From: Catajapyx aquilonaris
Lineage: Eukaryota
Length of the DNA stretch: 64,000 bases
Assembly: GCA_000934665.2 (NCBI GenBank)
Contig: JYFJ02002233.1
Location: 1 to 64,000, forward strand
Reading direction: 5' to 3'
This document shows, in pieces, positions 51,601 through 63,420 of this stretch. A model generated the notes under the pieces. The model made no database searches. It was given only the letters and a program-made list of their open reading frames with translations, and was not told the DNA's origin. Positions within the stretch are counted from its first letter, which is position 1. Each line of letters starts with the position of its first letter. Position numbers and translations under genes: made by a program.

Positions 51601-52600
51601 GCAAGGACTTTGCTCGACTTTGCCCCACGTGTATAGCCGCAAGTTTACCTAAATTGCTCCCACGGCACATATATACAGTATTTTATGCATAGAAACGCTA
51701 GAAAACGTGCCAAACATTGCCTTATTTTCAAAGTGAGATTTGTCAAGCTTAGAAGTTGGGATGAAGAAAAAAGAGTTTAATGAGGTCATTATTTAGCGCA
51801 ATATCGCTGCTGACCTTCCTTGTTAATTTTTTGTCAGGGGGAAAAAAGACGGCACGTGCAGATTATATTCAAAAATATTTAACAAGATCTCTGTCATTTC
51901 TCGATGATACAACACAAACTTTGCCAATTATAAACTTTGCACACTTTTGTAAGTTGGCAATCTCGAAGCTTTCCTTTTTGCGTCATGAAATTTTGCACTA
52001 TGACGCTTTACAATTACTTACAGATGCCTTATCCTGTTGCATAAGTGTGTATGTCTTGAGGACACGAGTGTCTCTAAAGGTCTCCTATTTGCATAGTGAT
52101 TCGGCGTGTGTCCCCAGCGTGTCGGGCATATTTTCCGGACGATTTTCAGTCGGTGGCAGCTGTCGAGTCAGAGTCCCGGAGAGGGAAATCATGAAGCCTC
52201 TTCCATAACAAATTTTCTCTCTCTTCCCCAGCAGCCAACTCTGGGCTTCAACCCCTCTCTCTCTGGCAGCTAGCAAGCATTGATTGCTGCAGCCTTCCTC
52301 GCCTTTGCCACCGAAAATTTCACACCGTTCTCTCCAAATTGGGAGGGGCTCACCGACACCAGCACTTCCTTCCTTTTCCTCACTCCTAAATGACATTTGT
52401 GGGGCCTGCTCACTGTGCGAGACGTCGCCGTATGAATTTTTCAAGTAGTCATCAGCCGTCTCCGCACATTGCATTATTCTTCCTCACTTGGATTTTGGTC
52501 TGAAAAGCCGCAATCTGACAGTTTAAATAAGGAATAAGCACATATTGTTTACTTCAGCACCATCTGTAATATTAAAATCGTGGTAGACATGTATAAGCCT

Positions 52601-52697
52601 TCTGATTGGTCCGTGCATATTGTTACCACGACTCTTCCGATTGGCTCGCGTCCTACGCATGCGCAGTGGATGGAGACAGCGCCTCTGGTGGGTGGGA
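52601..52697. promoter_or_regulatory. Promoter-like motif cluster (two CCAAT boxes, NRF1-type site)
   Basis: ATTGG at 52605 and 52640 (35 bp apart, same orientation). TACGCATGCGCA at 52654-52665 matches the NRF1 consensus at 11/12. The segment is locally CpG-rich. Confidence 0.4.
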
Positions 52698-52955
52698 GGA
52701 GGAACTATCCATTCGTTCGCTGACGGCCGGAGGGTATACTTCGCTCCCCCCACACCCAGCCCCCACGACGAAACGACTAACAATATGGCCTCAACCACCG
52801 TATGTCGCAGGCCTAGAAAAAAGTGAGCAGGTTGTTCTGGTTTAATTTTTTTTAAATCAACATAAAATTCGTGCCCGATGTGTTCATGCAAAGTTGGTGA
52901 CAAGAGGAAGCTATATGATCGAAAACTAGAAAAACTATCCGGAACTGATGGGCGA

Positions 52956-53012
52956 GTGGTTCGGAAATCGAACCCGGGTTATGGGTAGGCCGAAGCGATA
53001 ACACCGCCACAT
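52956..53012 (-). mobile_element. Degenerate tRNA-derived (SINE-head-like) fragment
   Basis: The minus strand reads GTGGCGGTGTTATCGCTTCGGCCTACCCATAACCCGGGTTCGATTTCCGA. It contains a T-arm/B-box (CCGGG-TTCGATT-TCCG) and a weak A-box-like TGGCGG, but no full cloverleaf. Confidence 0.35.
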
Positions 53013-56000
53013 GTCCATCATCACATCCTGCGCATACAGTGATGGCGGTTTGCCCAAAAAACCAGAGAAGCGGACACTTTTTTCTCTCTTTTTTTGCTTA
53101 CATTTACATGCCGGACCAGCATCGAGTGGGTGGTGCCCATAAACACCACACCGCATTTGGCACACAGTAACACCTGAAAATTTGAGGCCTGGTGCTGATC
53201 AACTGCGGGGAAATACGAAAGCATGGATAGGAAAATGAAATTTTTCAAACCAAAAAAATACTGCCCAGATGTTAAAGGAACCAAGAAAATCTGTATCATA
53301 AGCCAACAAAAGCGATCATTTCCAGTGCAAGGGTTTTCTGCACAATAGATTTTGCGGCAGTTAGTCACGGATTCCCGGCCTGGAATTGGAAGCTCTTGCC
53401 AGCAGAGAAGTGTATAGTTACTGATACTTGCCCACACACACAAAAAAAAACGTTATTTGCTGAATCCTGGAAGTGCACAAAAGGGGGCCACAGTTTTTTT
53501 TTTTAATCAATATGGCCGATAAAACCCCTTGGCTCAATCTTCTTCTGATCTCTGACATGGAACCATAACCATCTTATATCTATACTAGAGAAGAAGGCAA
53601 GCAGTAGTTTTGGCGGTTTCTTGACTGCTGCTTTCTAATGCATGGATTTTTCTTCCCCCATGACATTGCGTTATCATAGCTGCGTGATAGAGGCTTTCTT
53701 TCTTCAAAGGAGAAATACGCACTTCAAAAGAGATCAAAAATAATTCTGAATTTCATAGAGAGAGTATATGCCTTTGTTCAGTTAAATCAAGAATTTGGAA
53801 AATGCTTGATGCAGGCTAATATCATAATATTAGCAACATGGAAGGAAATATTGCTGAGAAAGTAAATACTTGCATTATTTTTATCTTACCAGCCACAAAA
53901 GCCATAGGGCAGTTCCTCCGAATTATTAACGCCCTCATCGTAATCTTTCCTGGCGCTATTTGCGTAAATCCCACTCCTAGGAAAATCGGATCGAAAAGCC
54001 TTACAAAGACCTTTTAACGAACATCTCTTTCCCAGAGACTTTTCTGAAATATTTTTCGCGATATATTTTCCGCTCAGCAAAAGGAACAGCCAATGTTAGC
54101 CCTCCCTCAAAAAAATTCCGTGTAAATTACACATGGCTTCAAACTGCCTGACGCGCTTGACACGCTAAGGATGTTATCCTAAACTTAGCGGTAATGATAA
54201 ATAAACAGCCGCACGCTTACGGGTGCATTAATCAACCCTTGGTGAACTTGGATCCAACCCAAAACGGCGGTTGGCGTCGCATTTGTCACTCCAATCTATA
54301 GACTTGCAAAAAAATTATATATATCGTCGGATGAAGGCTATAGCCCAAAGTTTTTTGCTATCATTGTACTATATACATTTAAATTTTGATTATCATTCCG
54401 GTGCATCGTTGCAAATTTTTATTCGCTCACTCGGCGCAATATATCCGTCCATTCACTGGGGTTATTGGCAAACAATTGCTGTTTGTACAGTTTACGATCC
54501 CCAGGCAATGGCAGACATCAATATTGATTTTAAGTCAGATCGAATTTTGTCAGCGGTTATTTCCACACCGAATTAATAAATTATGTCACCGCGTTTGATG
54601 GCTTAGCAATCTCTCCGCAACCCTTCCATTTTATTGATGCTATTCTGTAGTGTCAATCCGACCGACATGATTTACTATTGTTGGCGATTGTTAATCGCGA
54701 ATCAAGCCCTCGCAATATTCCTAGACACGCGTTGGATTATTACTGGTGAGCCTCTGAAAAAAAAGGTTTTGCATTTCAGACTGACTTGTGACCGATTAGA
54801 CGACTGGAGACATCTTTAATTTCGATTGTCGCGATTGCGGTGGTGTATATTCAGATGAATGTTGCATTATTCATGTGGCTGGTGCAGCAGTCTCTAAGCC
54901 TCACTGTAGAAGCTGCAAACCTTATTACCATCCGGGACCTCAAAAGTGCCGGATTTCAGAAACATACGCTGTAAAGAGGTTTCACTGCAACTGCAGTCTA
55001 TACTTATGCCCTGTAGACAGCACGTGTATAAGTTGGCCGCTTATCAACAGTCGAGGTAAGGTCACACTAATTGGACTAAGTTCCAGACGCAACAGTGCGC
55101 CATTATTAATACTGTATATTGTAACCCTATGTGCAACTGGGAAGCCCCCCCAAAACAAAAAAAAAATGAGGTGACATTTGCATAATATCGTCAAGTATCA
55201 GGAGCATTGGGCACATGGGGGCGGATGTTTAATAATTTCTAGTTATTACTGTACTGTGTGGCGTGAGTGGTTTCAATTTGGGGGGTATTACTACTACTCC
55301 CTTTGCAAACGCTTGCAACTCGTGTGTACATCACAGTGATGCACCTGGGTGTATATATGCATTGCTGTCCACATTTTGTACAGTTGACACTATCATTACA
55401 TATTCATATGTGTCGACTGCGACGTTTTGGCAGTGTTATGAACAGCGCCAACAAACAGCAACAATGGGTGTAAGAGTCACGTGTACATCATTTTATTAAC
55501 GTTATTGTATAATGCTACGAATCAGGTATTTTCCATCATTTTATTTCGTACCACCAGCCGCCATGAATGTTTCTCTTGAACTCTCACCTCCCACTTATCA
55601 AACTTCCAACAAGTGATACCATCAGCTCTTTTTCAGCAGATTCGAAGTGGGTTAGCAGTCAAGTGCATCGATTCAGTGCCATCCTTGTCCAGCACAAGTG
55701 AGGGGAATACACAGACAGCCTTTGGTGCTGATTACATACTCCAGTAGAAGTATATACACAAATGCAATGCAGATCAGGGCTATTTGATTTGGCAATGAAA
55801 AGAGTGGGGGTGGGGGGGGGCTTCAATTCAAGAGGATTCACCCTGGAGTCCTCCCGAATCAATACAGGCACTGAATTTTCATACTCCAGAGTTTGCCATT
55901 TTTCCCCCCTTTAAAAGAAGCCCCATCTTGACGTGACCAGCTGCTTCCTCACTTCATGTCACCGACTATTTCCGCTTCAAAAAAAATTCGCTCGACCGCT

Positions 56001-57462
56001 CCGGGGGTAACAAAAAGGTGGTTGGATAGAACATGTCGATATATGCAAATCTGCCCGTTCCCGCAGTCACACAGGGCTTTTATGGTAATAAGACCCATCA
56101 AACGCCGCCAAGCAAACGCGAGGACCTTGTCGCATAGACCATTAGGAATATATCAATTAAATGTAAATTCTAGTTGCCTGCCTGCCTGCTGATTTGCCGA
56201 GAGAAACGGCAAAATGGCAGCCCCATACATACAGAGAAACCTGAGAATTGAAGATGGGGGGGCCCCGCCATATAATTCGATTCCTCCGCCACCGGAATAT
56301 GGTCGTACAGGAAGGAAGAGTACAATTTTTCGATCGAAGAAAAGGATTGGGTTTAACTTATATCCGATTTGGGAATAGCTTTTTGTGGAAGGAACGTCGT
56401 TTGTTAGGCCGAATTAGGTTGAGGTCGGATCTGCATTAGAAAACTTGTGATGTGGGGGGGTGTTCTCAAGGGGTTTTGTCCGGATCGTTTGTCGCAGCAG
56501 GAAATGAGTGAGTAATGCACTTAATGAAGCGCTGCCTAATTTTCAACTGATGGGATTGTTTCCTTCCCGTAATATCACATAACGAACCTGGTGCAAAAAC
56601 TTGGCAACAGTCCAGCCTCTCTGCACATTACTGCCGCTCTCAGGAGGAAAGTAGTACTACATGCACGTTGGTGATGAGTCATCGTGAACAGACAGAGTCT
56701 CGCCCAGCCAATTTTATATAGGATGTCACTAACAGGTCCAAGTCGCTAGCGGTTCACGCCAAGACAAAAATTTGGCATTTCATAAACTCCTCCCGAGTTC
56801 TGTACAGAATCGGGCCATTATTGGGCAGAGGCCACTATTAGCTGACATTTAATGTCAGAGTGCACTTTTTGAAGATCTCCGAAGTCGTAAAGGAGTCCCA
56901 GAAGCGGAAAATCCTTCCCGACTCGCCTGACTATACAGTATGTGTTCTCAGACTAATGGCAAGGCTTTTCGTCTCCAGCCCCTTTCTCTCCCACTTAGGC
57001 CTTTGGTCGTGTCTCTCTTTTCCTTTTTTTATTTTTTTTATTTTCAGAGTTATATGCGAGATTGTGGGGATGACCCCCCCGTACAGTGAAAATAAGCCTC
57101 CGCACACTTATAAGCTCATTGTTGCAACGTGCGACAAATGACTGTAAAGCACCACAGCATATAGTTGACGGCCTTCCATATTATTTATAGCGCACGGTTT
57201 AGAGATAACTCCCCCCAAAAACATGTGCATAATAATTAATGAAAATGGTCAGAGTACACAGTATGTTGCTTCCCCACATTAAAAACTCAAAAAGCGAATC
57301 GAATTCAGGCGCCAGCTGAAGATAATTATTCCATAATTAGCCTCCCGTCATATAACTGAGCCGCGTGCAATATTTCATGCATGTTTTATTGCTTCCTTTT
57401 TTTCGTCTCATTCAACTTATTCGTCACACTGTCTTTGCCAAATCCTATGACGTCGTCAATAT

Positions 57463-57491
57463 ATCATCATCATCATCATCATCATCATCAT
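57463..57491 (+). repeat. (ATC)9 microsatellite
   Basis: Read directly. On the minus strand it follows AAAAATAAAA as an (ATG)n tail. Confidence 0.95.
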
Positions 57492-57756
57492 TTTTATTTT
57501 TAAATATATTAATTGCAACACATAATCTGGTGTACTGCTGACTACGAACAGACCTCGTAAGATATATCATTAAGATAACTATGGCAACTATACCGGTAAT
57601 GGAGTCCTGTAAAGTCAATTAATTAATTAATTATAATCTTAATCATCACAAAGATGATGAAAATGTTTTATTCAATAGAGTATAAAATATCTCATACATC
57701 AAATCTCAGATTTCTCAGTTTATGTTCGTGTACTATTATACAATGAATTTTTTTTT

Positions 57757-57956
57757 ACGAACGCAACCGAGTGCGCACTCACACTTGAGCAAGTTCATTG
57801 TTCCGACAACAACGTTGCCACAGTTATTACTCCTCAGGTAGCCTCTCAAGTTCGTTCCAGAGCTTTAGCAACGTCGCAAAAGTCGGTCATATTGTCTGTC
57901 AAGCGTAGTGTTGGAAACAATTTGCCCGAACTGTGTTGCGCACTCGGTTGCGCTCT
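57757..57956. mobile_element. MITE with long imperfect TIRs, possibly Kolobok-type (TTAA target)
   Basis: Perfect 16-bp inverted repeat CGCAACCGAGTGCGCA (57762-57777) / TGCGCACTCGGTTGCG (57937-57952). Imperfect pairing continues about 30 bp inward. The right end reads ...GCGCTCT|TTAA; the left end is decayed (TTTACGAACGC). Confidence 0.72.
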
Positions 57957-57990
57957 TTAAAAAATACATCTTCTAGCAGAAATGCTTCTT

Positions 57991-57997
57991 GATGATG

Positions 57998-58071
<74 letters not shown>
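57991..58071 (+). repeat. (GAT)27 microsatellite (one GAG variant unit)
   Basis: Read directly. It explains the poly-His, poly-Ser and poly-Met ORFs at 57899-58177. Confidence 0.98.
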
Positions 58072-60669
58072 CCCATTGCACCGATATACATACACCTACA
58101 GTAAACCGTGGCGTAACCAACCCTTAACGACATTTCAAAGTTTTCAAACACCGCAGAAGTATTTCAAACAATGTTAAGAGTACTCTCTCACAGTATACAG
58201 GAAATGACTGGCGCTTTATCTGCTCCTTTTGCTCGCTGGCCTCCAATCCAAGCGAGCATCGGACCAATACCGAAACCCAACCCTGCCGAAAATAAAGGGT
58301 ACTTGAAAACGAGACCTGTGGGGGGGGTGGAACCCCACTACTTTTCTTTTACCTCCAGTCCTCTCAGCCTCCCCACGAAAAAGTGCCAAGGATCTTGATC
58401 AGTTTCTCCTTTTTGGTCGGTGAACCAATAGGAAATATCCCAATCCTCTTTTTTTTTCCCCTCCTTCCCCCCCAAATACCTCCTCGAAAACCACCACCTT
58501 ACCCCATTACCTCGTATCCTGAGGGACTCTCTCCCCGCGTCCCAGCCAGTTACAGCAAATTGAATGCTGCGGTTTTCCTACAGAAGCCGCATCTTGTTTC
58601 CTCGGGCCAGCCAACCACTCCTGTTCTGAAGGAATCAGGGATTGGGAATGGAAGGACTTGCTTCGAACCCTATACCAAGCAAGGTGTATGTATACTGACT
58701 CTTAGCAAGATGTAACGGTAAGCAAGGGCCCAAAATCAGAACACATTTGCGCAGCATTTGCTATCCAAATTGAATTTCATGGGATTGGTGCAATTGTGGT
58801 GCTAAATTTATTCAGCATAATCAGTCACTATGTACTACAACTAGGACCTTTTTTTAAAAATAAAAAAGGCGTTAATTAAGGTGGTCGATTTTTAAAAAAA
58901 TGTCGAACCTAATCATTAGTTCTCAGCTGCGACTCCGCAACCGCCATGTACGAAATTAATTAAGCCCCCGAAGCAGGATGTTACCTAATCACTGTGCAGT
59001 GAATAACACCCAGGGTATTCGAAACTAATTCCGGGGACGATTGTAAGGTTGATAAGTAATTGGCTCCCCCAGAAAATTTGGGAGCCTCCAAAGTTGCAAC
59101 CATAAATTTCCTGTTCCCTTACTCTTGTTTACGCGACCCAGAACCGTGCCCTTTAGGCAATGAAAGACTCCTTGCCACATTATTACTCCTCACGAACCAG
59201 TTTTTTTTTACTCTTCAATCGAAGATGGAACTGATAGAGCACAGTGTCTGATAAACAACCAAAGCCAACCCTTGCCTTAATCTAACTCTTGCGATTGGCA
59301 GTCGGTTTGTTAAAGATTCTTTACCTTTTTTTCTCTCCCTTTCCATCTCCTTCCCTTGCACCTGGAGGCATTCGTCTTCATTATAACCTCGTGACAGGAG
59401 ATTGAAGTCGGAAAGAGGTTTGAAATTGGTGGCTGCTGAGAGGAAGGGTGATGGTGGAATTGAGCTTACTAGAGTAGTTTCGGCCCAGACATGACTTCTA
59501 AGGAGGATGCCGAATAAGCAAATAGTCCTGCTTATATGGTCATTCTGTGATGAATTTTTTTTAAAATTGTAGATGGGCTAAATTATGTTCCTATCCCATT
59601 AATAGAAGCACAAAGAGTCTACACTTGGCGCCAGAGAGATGCAAAGCCTAGGTTGGCCAATATGTGATGTATTATTTCTGCTTTCATTTGGTATGCAAGG
59701 ATGCGCACTGCACTAATATTGCGTCGTTTTCAGAATGTGAGTATCGGGGCCACATGCAGTGTGGGAAGGCGGAACGCGATATGAAAAATAACAGCTCCCC
59801 TCAGGCATATGGGAGAAGGAAAAAAATCAGGTGAGCATAAAACCAGCAGTCTTTTTTTCCTGTCACATTCAGAAATGGAGAAGCAATGTAGATAAACAGT
59901 GGTTATTTTGTGTAATTTCTGCATTTGACATTCAGGGTTTGTAACAAGTTTTCAGAGTCAGAATGAGGCCAGATTTAATTGTGAATTACTGCAATTACAT
60001 TCGGGTTTTATTTTCGATCTTAAGCATCCAGTTTCAGGTATTTATTTCAGTTGGAGTGACGTAGGACAGATTGATCTGCTTGTATGCTGGCCACGCTTGG
60101 AGATAAACATAATGTACTAATCCCCTATCAGACCTGCATCCATTAGTAATATGATATGTGCCGCCTACCATGCAATAATCCCGAGTGCATTAGTGCAGTG
60201 AATTAAACTGTTGTTTTTGAACCAATGCTGCTGATGCTATATTGCAGTTGGGTTACACGCAAAGGGAAGCAATCCCAGTATCAGATGTCTTTGTGTCGTA
60301 AAAACTGCTAGTTCATTCGGTGTCTATCTCCTTTTTTCCAGACCAGGATTTGTCTGTGCAGAGGAACTCCTTATCTTCTGTAGTTGGGTAAGGTCAGTTT
60401 CTTGTTTTCGTCACATGTCTCTCTGAACTTGACGGTTCGTCCCACGCACATCGTGTCGCACAGCACGTGGGCTGAACACCCACAGAGATTTGCCCTTAAA
60501 AGCCTTAACGTTTGTACCATGTCACACACAACTGTCTCCTTTTACGTATTATCCTGCCACTCACAACATTCCCATCCCCAAACGATCCCATGGGTTGGTA
60601 AAATTGTAAGGTAACTAAAATCAGGTTATTTTATACGAAGTGTCACGAGAAATTCTGATAAACACAGTA

Positions 60670-60778
60670 CTATAACACGCAAAAAGGTTGTCGCACTGTA
60701 TCCGTGTGGTGTCCGCGACTTTTTGTTTACCGTTCTGCCGCCAGGGGCGTTATGCGACAACCTTTTTGCGTGTTACAG
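60670..60778. mobile_element. MITE / non-autonomous DNA transposon, probably Tc1/mariner superfamily (TA target-site duplication)
   Basis: GTACTATAACACGCAAAAAGGTTGTCGCA (60667-60695) and TGCGACAACCTTTTTGCGTGTTACAGTAC (60753-60781) are inverted repeats matching at 28/29. TA dinucleotides flank the element (60668-69, 60779-80). The core is short and non-coding. Confidence 0.8.
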
Positions 60779-61754
60779 TACAAAGTTAGTCGAAACTAAG
60801 TTTTTGCTTGATATTTCGATCTCTTATTACATTGTCGAGAACAACTGATCAGACCTATTAAAAATCTCATTACAGACTGCCACCTAAGATGATACATATC
60901 CAGTTCGCACGTGAACAGATGTAATCATTGCGGTAAAAAAAACTGTCCTTTTTCCGTCGATGCCTGCCGTACAGTGTAGTATCCATTACAGGTATCTCAC
61001 CGCCATTCATGCAGAGGTTACATAACCCAAAATTGCAGAGAAGCCTCCCCCCCCTTTGCTGAAAGGTCAACGGTCGATACAGCATCTCACCAGACCCAAT
61101 CACCAAGTCCAAACATGTATCGGCTCATAACCAGTCTATCTCACCTCACCAGACGGCTCATTACACCATTTTTTTCTTCTTCTTCTTCCTCCGCCTGATT
61201 CCTTCGAGATTTGGCCTAGGGGTGGGCGTGGGTGGACCCCCCCTCCCCAAAATCTTCACACTGAAGCGACACGACGTCGAGATCCGCCCTGTATCCATAG
61301 CAACGGCCCCGGCATCATCAGCATCCCAATTGCCCAGGTGCTGGTCCCAGGACCCCCCTGAAAACATATGGGGCTGGTTTTTGGGGGGATTGGGACGTCT
61401 CTACGGGGGGGAAAAAGTGGCGTCATTGTTACAACCAGGATCATAACAATGGTCCAGTCTCATTCGGGCAGGTTTTATATACCGGTACTTATATACATAC
61501 ATAATCGTGGTGCCGGACTATGAATCGATATGGCAGTGGAAAACGAGGACTGCAGCTCACGGCGCAGTGCTTTTGCCACCACCCCACCAGCACCCACCCT
61601 GCCCTTTTCCCCCAACACACATTTTTTGGGGGGAGGTGGGCTACTGGGCTATTCCATTATGGCTCTGACAGGCGTTCAATTTCTCTTTAACATACATCCA
61701 TCGCCAGAAGAATGTGCGCGGGAAAGGGGGGGAAAAAAGACGGATTTACACAAT

Positions 61755-61772
61755 TTTATGGAACACCCTGTA
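61755..61772 (-). mobile_element. Orphan Tc1/mariner-type TIR end (TA|CAGGGTGTTCCATAAA)
   Basis: The plus strand reads TTTATGGAACACCCTGTA; the reverse complement is TACAGGGTGTTCCATAAA. Confidence 0.5.
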
Positions 61773-63261
61773 TTATACAGTAACAGTTCGACTGTGATTC
61801 CTCAAAACTTTTGAGCTTTAAAGAGACAAGGTACAACCCGGTTATATTGTTATTTGCTTCCGGGGGAAGGGGTTCCTTTTCGCGAATCCCTTTGTGCCGA
61901 AGGTAAACAGCAATAAAGAGTTGGAAGTTGTGTTTGCACAGGAAATGACCATTCCCTCCCTCCCTGCTTTTCCCTCTGTCGCGTATAAGTTCGCTTCCTC
62001 GACGTTACTCCAAAGTTAGAACTCGAAATGTCACACTTTACAAAACCCAGTAACTGAATTTTGTGCAAAATAACATGTTTTTTTTGTCCAAACGTGTCAA
62101 TACCTGCACGAGTTGTCATTTGAATATGATTTCAATATTGGATTATTTCATTCAGCATTGGCGCTATTCAGATAACTTTTGAATAGCTTTTTTGTTCCTT
62201 AAATCCCTTTTAAAGCTTACATGAATTATACGTGATTGTATTGACAGGAGAATACTGGGCTGGAAGGACATTGTGGGAATATGCTAATTAAATCGAGTGC
62301 ATTATATGACAGGATAGCGCCAAAAAAAATCTCGGATATTCTCCTGGGCGAAATATAAAATTATTGTTGAAACGCGTGTTTCTCTATGACTAACACACTT
62401 TCTTTTAGACTAACCGACAAAAAGCCCCAAAAGCCCTGAACAATCATCGTTTCTTTTGCAGAAAAACTACTGCTAAGAGCAAAATTCACAAATGAATTTC
62501 TTATAATTAAAGTGCGCCATCAAACGTCCGTGTAATTATGTAAAGATTGTATGAATGAAAATTACAATTTACGTGAAAACATCTGATTATGCAGAGTCCA
62601 TTCACTGGTTCTAAAAGGAGATTATCTCCTAATCTGAGTTGATACAACTAGGCCTTTATATTGATATGGTGTGAATACTAGCCGTTGTATGAACAAAAAT
62701 TAAGAGGAAATATCTTATTAACTCCTGTGAACACAGTGATGGCACTTTTTCGTTTGCGTTCCAACTACTGCTATTATTATTTTAAACATTTCATTAACTA
62801 TAAAACATCTCTGAATCCCGTCCTAATTTAGCAAAAAACACCCATCTCAATAATTGCAACTCCCCCTCAAATAAAAATCCGCAATCAACACTCTGACGCG
62901 CTATGAGAAATGAACATAACCTCGGGACACTTTGGAGCTAAAATATTTTTTTGAAACCATTTTTTTCTCTCCCTTGTTTTTCTGCCCCTCTAGCTGGAAA
63001 TAATTGGCGAGAAACCACACCGTTCGCAACAATGGTCCGGTTCACCTCCTTTTTTTTGCAATCCGTCTTTTAATTACCCATCTGGAGTAGTCGTGCCTGC
63101 AAGGGCAATAATTATTGTGAACGGACACTGATCACCTATTATAGTAGTAGCCCACGGCTTATTACGGAGCCTCATGGAAAAATTCCGCAGTGTCGCCACC
63201 GTCTATGCGAGTTTAACATGGGAAAGCGCCACTGCGGCCATTTCTGTAACTAGTAAATATG

Positions 63262-63420
63262 CGTGGGAAGAGTCTCCAGCCAATCAGGAGGCTCGCCGAG
63301 AAGCTACGCTTTGAAAAGCAGCGGCGGCCCCCCGCGGCAGTGGCAGCACCGTCGCCCGAGTTGGCGAAATAAAAATCCCCTGCAGCGGGCGCCGAGCCGG
63401 GCTGGAACCCAGGGCCTCCC
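63262..63420. promoter_or_regulatory. GC/CpG-rich island with consensus NF-Y box
   Basis: AGCCAATCAG at 63278-63287, followed by about 130 bp of GC-rich, CpG-dense sequence unlike the background. Confidence 0.35.

Noticed and set aside
52554..52575. REST/NRSE half-site TTCAGCACC
   Set aside because: The right half-site GGACAG is absent.
52956..53012. Functional tRNA gene
   Set aside because: Only the T-arm is recognisable; the acceptor, D and anticodon arms cannot be folded.
57899..58177. Poly-His, poly-Ser and poly-Met ORFs
   Set aside because: They are translations of the (GAT)n microsatellite.
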